Source of the DNA: an uncultured Holophagales bacterium | Lineage (GTDB): Bacteria > Acidobacteriota > Thermoanaerobaculia > Multivoradales > UBA5704 | Direction: 5' to 3' | Length of the DNA: 64,000 nt | NCBI GenBank assembly: GCA_963842525.1 | Contig: CAWJGT010000023.1 | Span: forward strand, 256,001 to 320,000 | Shown: piece after piece, positions 60,505-64,000 of the stretch | Layout of the letters: the number at the start of each line of letters is the position of its first letter | Position numbering within the stretch: the first letter of the stretch is position 1 | Program-made: the position numbers and the translations under genes | Notes under the pieces: generated by a model | Database searches by the model: none | The model's input: the letters and a program-made list of their open reading frames with translations, nothing else | Told to the model about the DNA's origin: nothing

Positions 60505-63500
60505 TCAGAAACCGGGCAACGCGCTCGTGTCGCCGACGCTGGTGTAGCTCCCCTTCGGATTCGTATACGTCTTTACATTGCCGGTCGAGACGTCGGTCAC
60601 GGTCAGCGTGTATTCGGCGTTGGACAGGCCGCCGTAGAAGACCCAGAACCTGTTGTTGACCGGGCGTCCGTCGATGACTTTCATCAGCAGGTCGAGGGTG
60701 CTCCCTCCGAAGCTGAAGTAGCCGCTGCCGTCTCCCAGCGACGTGGCCTTCGCCGCAGTGACCTTGCCTTTCGCATCCTTCCAGGTGACCTCGACCTTGA
60801 ATCGCTTGCTGCCGAGACAGAGGGTCGTCGAGCCGGCCTTGCAGGTGCCGCCACCACCGCTGGCGGTCTCCTGGCCGCGCAGACGGAAGACGAAATCGGG
60901 CTCGTCACCGGCACCGCACGTCGAGCGGCGGGTCCAGTCGGAGCAGCCGGTGTTGTAGCCGTTGCCGGGGTTGCGCCACACCGAGGCTCGCTCCTTTTGG
61001 ACCGTACGCTCCAGCCAGCCCCACTGGCCCGCCGTGGTCCGGTTCTGGTTCGCCTGCACGGCGATCCAATAGCGGCCGGCGGCCAAGCGGCAAGAGCCGC
61101 TCAGATTGACCTCGAACGAGCCGGTGTCGAGGCCGCTCCGCGGTCGGAGCTGGCGCTGGTTGCACAGCAGACTGCCGGGCCGCCCGTTCTGATCGCCATA
61201 GACGAAGACGTTGACCGACTGTGCCGGACCCTGCGGAACGTTGTCTCCATAGTAGGCGCCCACGACGTCGATCCCCTCGACCAGCCAGGTCTTCTGTGCC
61301 GGGACCACGAAGTCATCGGCCCCCTCGCTGTTGAACGGCGTACCGCCCGCGTCGAGCCGGTTTTCGCTGCTGACGATGACGTTCCCCAACTGGTCGCCCT
61401 GGTACCAGAGCACCTTCTGCGTTGCGGGCTGGGTTGCCGAAAGGATCGCGAAGCGCGCCTCGCCCTGAACCTGCTCGACCTCCGCCGGCCAGCGCGAGGA
61501 CGGACGGGAGCCGTCGGCCCGCACCACCGTCTGGGGCAGGACCTCCGCGTCGCCGCCGAATTCAACGCCTTCCTCCGGAGGCGGACCGAAGGCGGTGTCG
61601 TCCGCGAAGCTGCGGAATTCCCCTTCCACGCTCGAATAGACGCGCGTGTCGCCGGTCTTCGAGTCGGTGACGAAAATCGAGTAGTCGAGGCTGGTGAGCG
61701 CTCCCGAGAAAACCCAGATGTGCGCATTGGCGGCCCGGCCGTCGACCAGCTTGACGCCCAGCTCGGCGTTGGCCTTGTCGACGAACCAGAAATATCCGGC
61801 CGCATCGCCCAGAGCCACGGCCTTGGCGAAGCCGCCACCGCCCTGCGGCAGCCGCCAGAGCACCCGCACCTGGTATCTCCCCTGGAGAAGACAGAGCGTT
61901 TCCGGGCCCTTCGTACAGGTGAAGCCGTTGGCCGGGACTGCGATGGTGAACGTTTGATCGGAACGTGCAGTATGGCCGGTCGCGCGGTCGGCGACCACGG
62001 CGCTGTACAACGGGCCGGCAGGCAGGAAGTCGATGTTGATCGGTTGCGAGCCGTCGTCCGCGGTGTCCAGCAGGTACCAGATTTCGGAGCCGTCCGAGAT
62101 CGCCAGGCCCACCGTCGAGCCGCAGGAAGGGCCGGTGGTCGTCCAGTCGATCCTCTGCTGCTTCCCCTTGGTCCAGACCTCCCCGCCGTTGGGCCGGACG
62201 ATGCGGGGATCGCAAATGGCGGTCGGCGGCGGGCAGCCGGTCGTTCCGCTCTGGGAATAGGTGGTGGATTCCTGATCGAAATCGGGGCCGTCGGACACCG
62301 TGACCTCGATGTTCTGTGTGCCGCCGGAGATGAAATCGGTGGCCCAGCTCAGGAGGTATTGCTGCGCGAACGTGCGGCCGATCGCCGCCAGGATCGCCTG
62401 CAGGTCGGCCGAGCTGCCGCCGAGGAAGAAACGGGCGCCGGTCTGCACGGCAATGTTGCTCAGCACGGAAGAGTCGACGCCGCCAAAACCGATGGTGAAC
62501 ACGGGGACGCCGACGGCGCGGGCGGCGTTGATCGGCACCTGCGGGTCGCGCGTGCCGGTGTTGTTCTGTCCGTCGGTCATCGCCACCAGCGCGCGCCTTC
62601 CGAGGGCCTGGGTGGAGTGCTGCGCGGACTCGATGATGGCATCGAACAGCGCGGTCGCATTCCCGTCGCCCACCGCGCCGCCGCGGTTGTCGAGGGCATT
62701 GATCGCCGCTTTGGCCCGCGCCTTGTCGGAGGTGTAGTCCTGGACGAGGACCACGCCGTTGGCAAAGTGATAGACGGCCACTTTGTCGCGCGGCCCGAGG
62801 AGGTCGACGAACCGCCGCGACGCGTCCCGGATGTTGTCGACGTCGAAACTCGAGAGGCTGCCGCTGGCGTCGAGCACCAGGGCCACCGAAATGGCGCTGT
62901 CGCTCACCTGGGCCTGCTCGACGTCGACCGCCTGCGGAACGCCGTTCTCGTTGAGCGTGAAGTTGGCGCGGGTGAGGTCCGGCACGGGCTGGCCGCTGGT
63001 GCCGAGGACGCTGACGATCGCCTTGACCAGGGGGCATTTCTGGGCGTCCACCTGGTTGATGGTCAGATTCACGCCATTGCGGGTCTGCGGGGTCCAGCGC
63101 ATCCATTCCGAAATCAGGTCGATGTTCTGTGCGACGAGACGCGCGCCGCTGTTGCCGTTGTTGGTGGTGTCTCCGGTCGAATGGACCGCGATGGCGCGGA
63201 CCTGCCCGCCGCCGAGGACCTGCCAGACCGGGCTGCCGCTGTTGCCGGGGCTGGTGTCGACCTTGTAGCGCAGGAGCCGTCCCAGAACGCCCACGACCTT
63301 GTCGGAGTGCGTCCACTGGGCCTTGGTTTCTTTTTTGCTCACCTCTCCGGGATAGCCGGCGACGTGAACGGTCGATCCCGCGGCCGGGCTGACGTCGAAA
63401 GCGAGCGGCATGTAGGTCGAGATGCCGGCGAACGGCGTATCGAAAAAGGCGGCCGCATAGTCGAACTGGATCTTGCCCGTGGCAACCCAGCCGGGGTTGG

Positions 63501-64000
63501 TGGCGAGGCGTACGGCGCTGCGCACGCCCGCGGGCTGCTCGATGCCGAGCGAGGACTCGTACTGGCCCGGCACGATCGTCATATTGCGTACCAGCGCCCT
63601 CTTCTCCCCGTCCCAGACCACATGGCCGTTGGTGAGGAGCACGTAGGGGCCGACCAGGAAGCCGGTGGCGCGGCTGACCGCCGGCTGGCCCCGGAGGGTG
63701 GTCAGGAAGCTCAGGTACGAGATGAGCTGATGCGGAAAAGCCCTGGTGTTGGGGACGCGGGTCCGGTCGTCCTTGCCGCCGATGACTGCGCCGCCGGTCT
63801 GGACGCTCAGCCCCCCACCGACCTTTGCGTGGTCGTCCGTCTCCCCTTCCCCCTCCGGCTCGTCAGGCCCTTCGGGGCCTACCCAGCCGACGACGCCGCG
63901 GTCCGGCTGCCGGTCCGGCGACAGGTCCGGCGTCGCATCTCCCTTCCAGGGGATGGGGGTTCCAAAGAAGGGATCGCCCGCAGAGAGGGTATTCGCCTCG
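60505..64000 (-). CDS. Large secreted protein: trypsin-like (V8-type) protease, VWA, Ig-like and two copies of a C-terminal beta domain (5' end outside window)
   Basis: Catalytic triad TNGH / FDYA / GNSGSP; MIDAS DASGS, TALFDA, MTDG; repeated TLCL...RF/Y.V.V.W...GYF...K..DGR..N...WVF; frame open to 64000. Confidence 0.88.
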   Translation of the reverse strand, partial: EANTLSAGDPFFGTPIPWKGDATPDLSPDRQPDRGVVGWVGPEGPDEPEGEGETDDHAKVGGGLSVQTGGAVIGGKDDRTRVPNTRAFPHQLISYLSFLTTLRGQPAVSRATGFLVGPYVLLTNGHVVWDGEKRALVRNMTIVPGQYESSLGIEQPAGVRSAVRLATNPGWVATGKIQFDYAAAFFDTPFAGISTYMPLAFDVSPAAGSTVHVAGYPGEVSKKETKAQWTHSDKVVGVLGRLLRYKVDTSPGNSGSPVWQVLGGGQVRAIAVHSTGDTTNNGNSGARLVAQNIDLISEWMRWTPQTRNGVNLTINQVDAQKCPLVKAIVSVLGTSGQPVPDLTRANFTLNENGVPQAVDVEQAQVSDSAISVALVLDASGSLSSFDVDNIRDASRRFVDLLGPRDKVAVYHFANGVVLVQDYTSDKARAKAAINALDNRGGAVGDGNATALFDAIIESAQHSTQALGRRALVAMTDGQNNTGTRDPQVPINAARAVGVPVFTIGFGGVDSSVLSNIAVQTGARFFLGGSSADLQAILAAIGRTFAQQYLLSWATDFISGGTQNIEVTVSDGPDFDQESTTYSQSGTTGCPPPTAICDPRIVRPNGGEVWTKGKQQRIDWTTTGPSCGSTVGLAISDGSEIWYLLDTADDGSQPINIDFLPAGPLYSAVVADRATGHTARSDQTFTIAVPANGFTCTKGPETLCLLQGRYQVRVLWRLPQGGGGFAKAVALGDAAGYFWFVDKANAELGVKLVDGRAANAHIWVFSGALTSLDYSIFVTDSKTGDTRVYSSVEGEFRSFADDTAFGPPPEEGVEFGGDAEVLPQTVVRADGSRPSSRWPAEVEQVQGEARFAILSATQPATQKVLWYQGDQLGNVIVSSENRLDAGGTPFNSEGADDFVVPAQKTWLVEGIDVVGAYYGDNVPQGPAQSVNVFVYGDQNGRPGSLLCNQRQLRPRSGLDTGSFEVNLSGSCRLAAGRYWIAVQANQNRTTAGQWGWLERTVQKERASVWRNPGNGYNTGCSDWTRRSTCGAGDEPDFVFRLRGQETASGGGGTCKAGSTTLCLGSKRFKVEVTWKDAKGKVTAAKATSLGDGSGYFSFGGSTLDLLMKVIDGRPVNNRFWVFYGGLSNAEYTLTVTDVSTGNVKTYTNPKGSYTSVGDTSALPGF

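Overview
GC-rich bacterial chromosomal segment. Gene content and a repeated secreted C-terminal domain suggest Acidobacteriota, probably Thermoanaerobaculia-like (inference). Single-base frameshifts even in secA and guaB point to an error-prone long-read assembly, so split ORFs are joined below. Housekeeping genes (M23 peptidase, secA, guaB, valS, birA, coaX, split methylmalonyl-CoA mutase, selD fusion) are interleaved with accessory loci. These include a 5'-truncated MmeI-like methyltransferase, several toxin-antitoxin modules and orphan antitoxins, a lower-GC HTH-IrrE/PIN/MBL operon, and a ~14.9 kb four-module NRPS (C-A-T x4, TE). The most striking signal is that REP-like palindromic elements found between genes across the window also sit in frame inside the NRPS eight times, only at domain linkers and adenylation-domain loops, and in no other CDS. 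Two modules share the element together with identical flanking codons, which suggests conversion or homing-like spread. Three unrelated intergenic arrays with 21-bp periodicity each end at or near a REP-like element. I found no rRNA, tRNA, CRISPR array or transposase.
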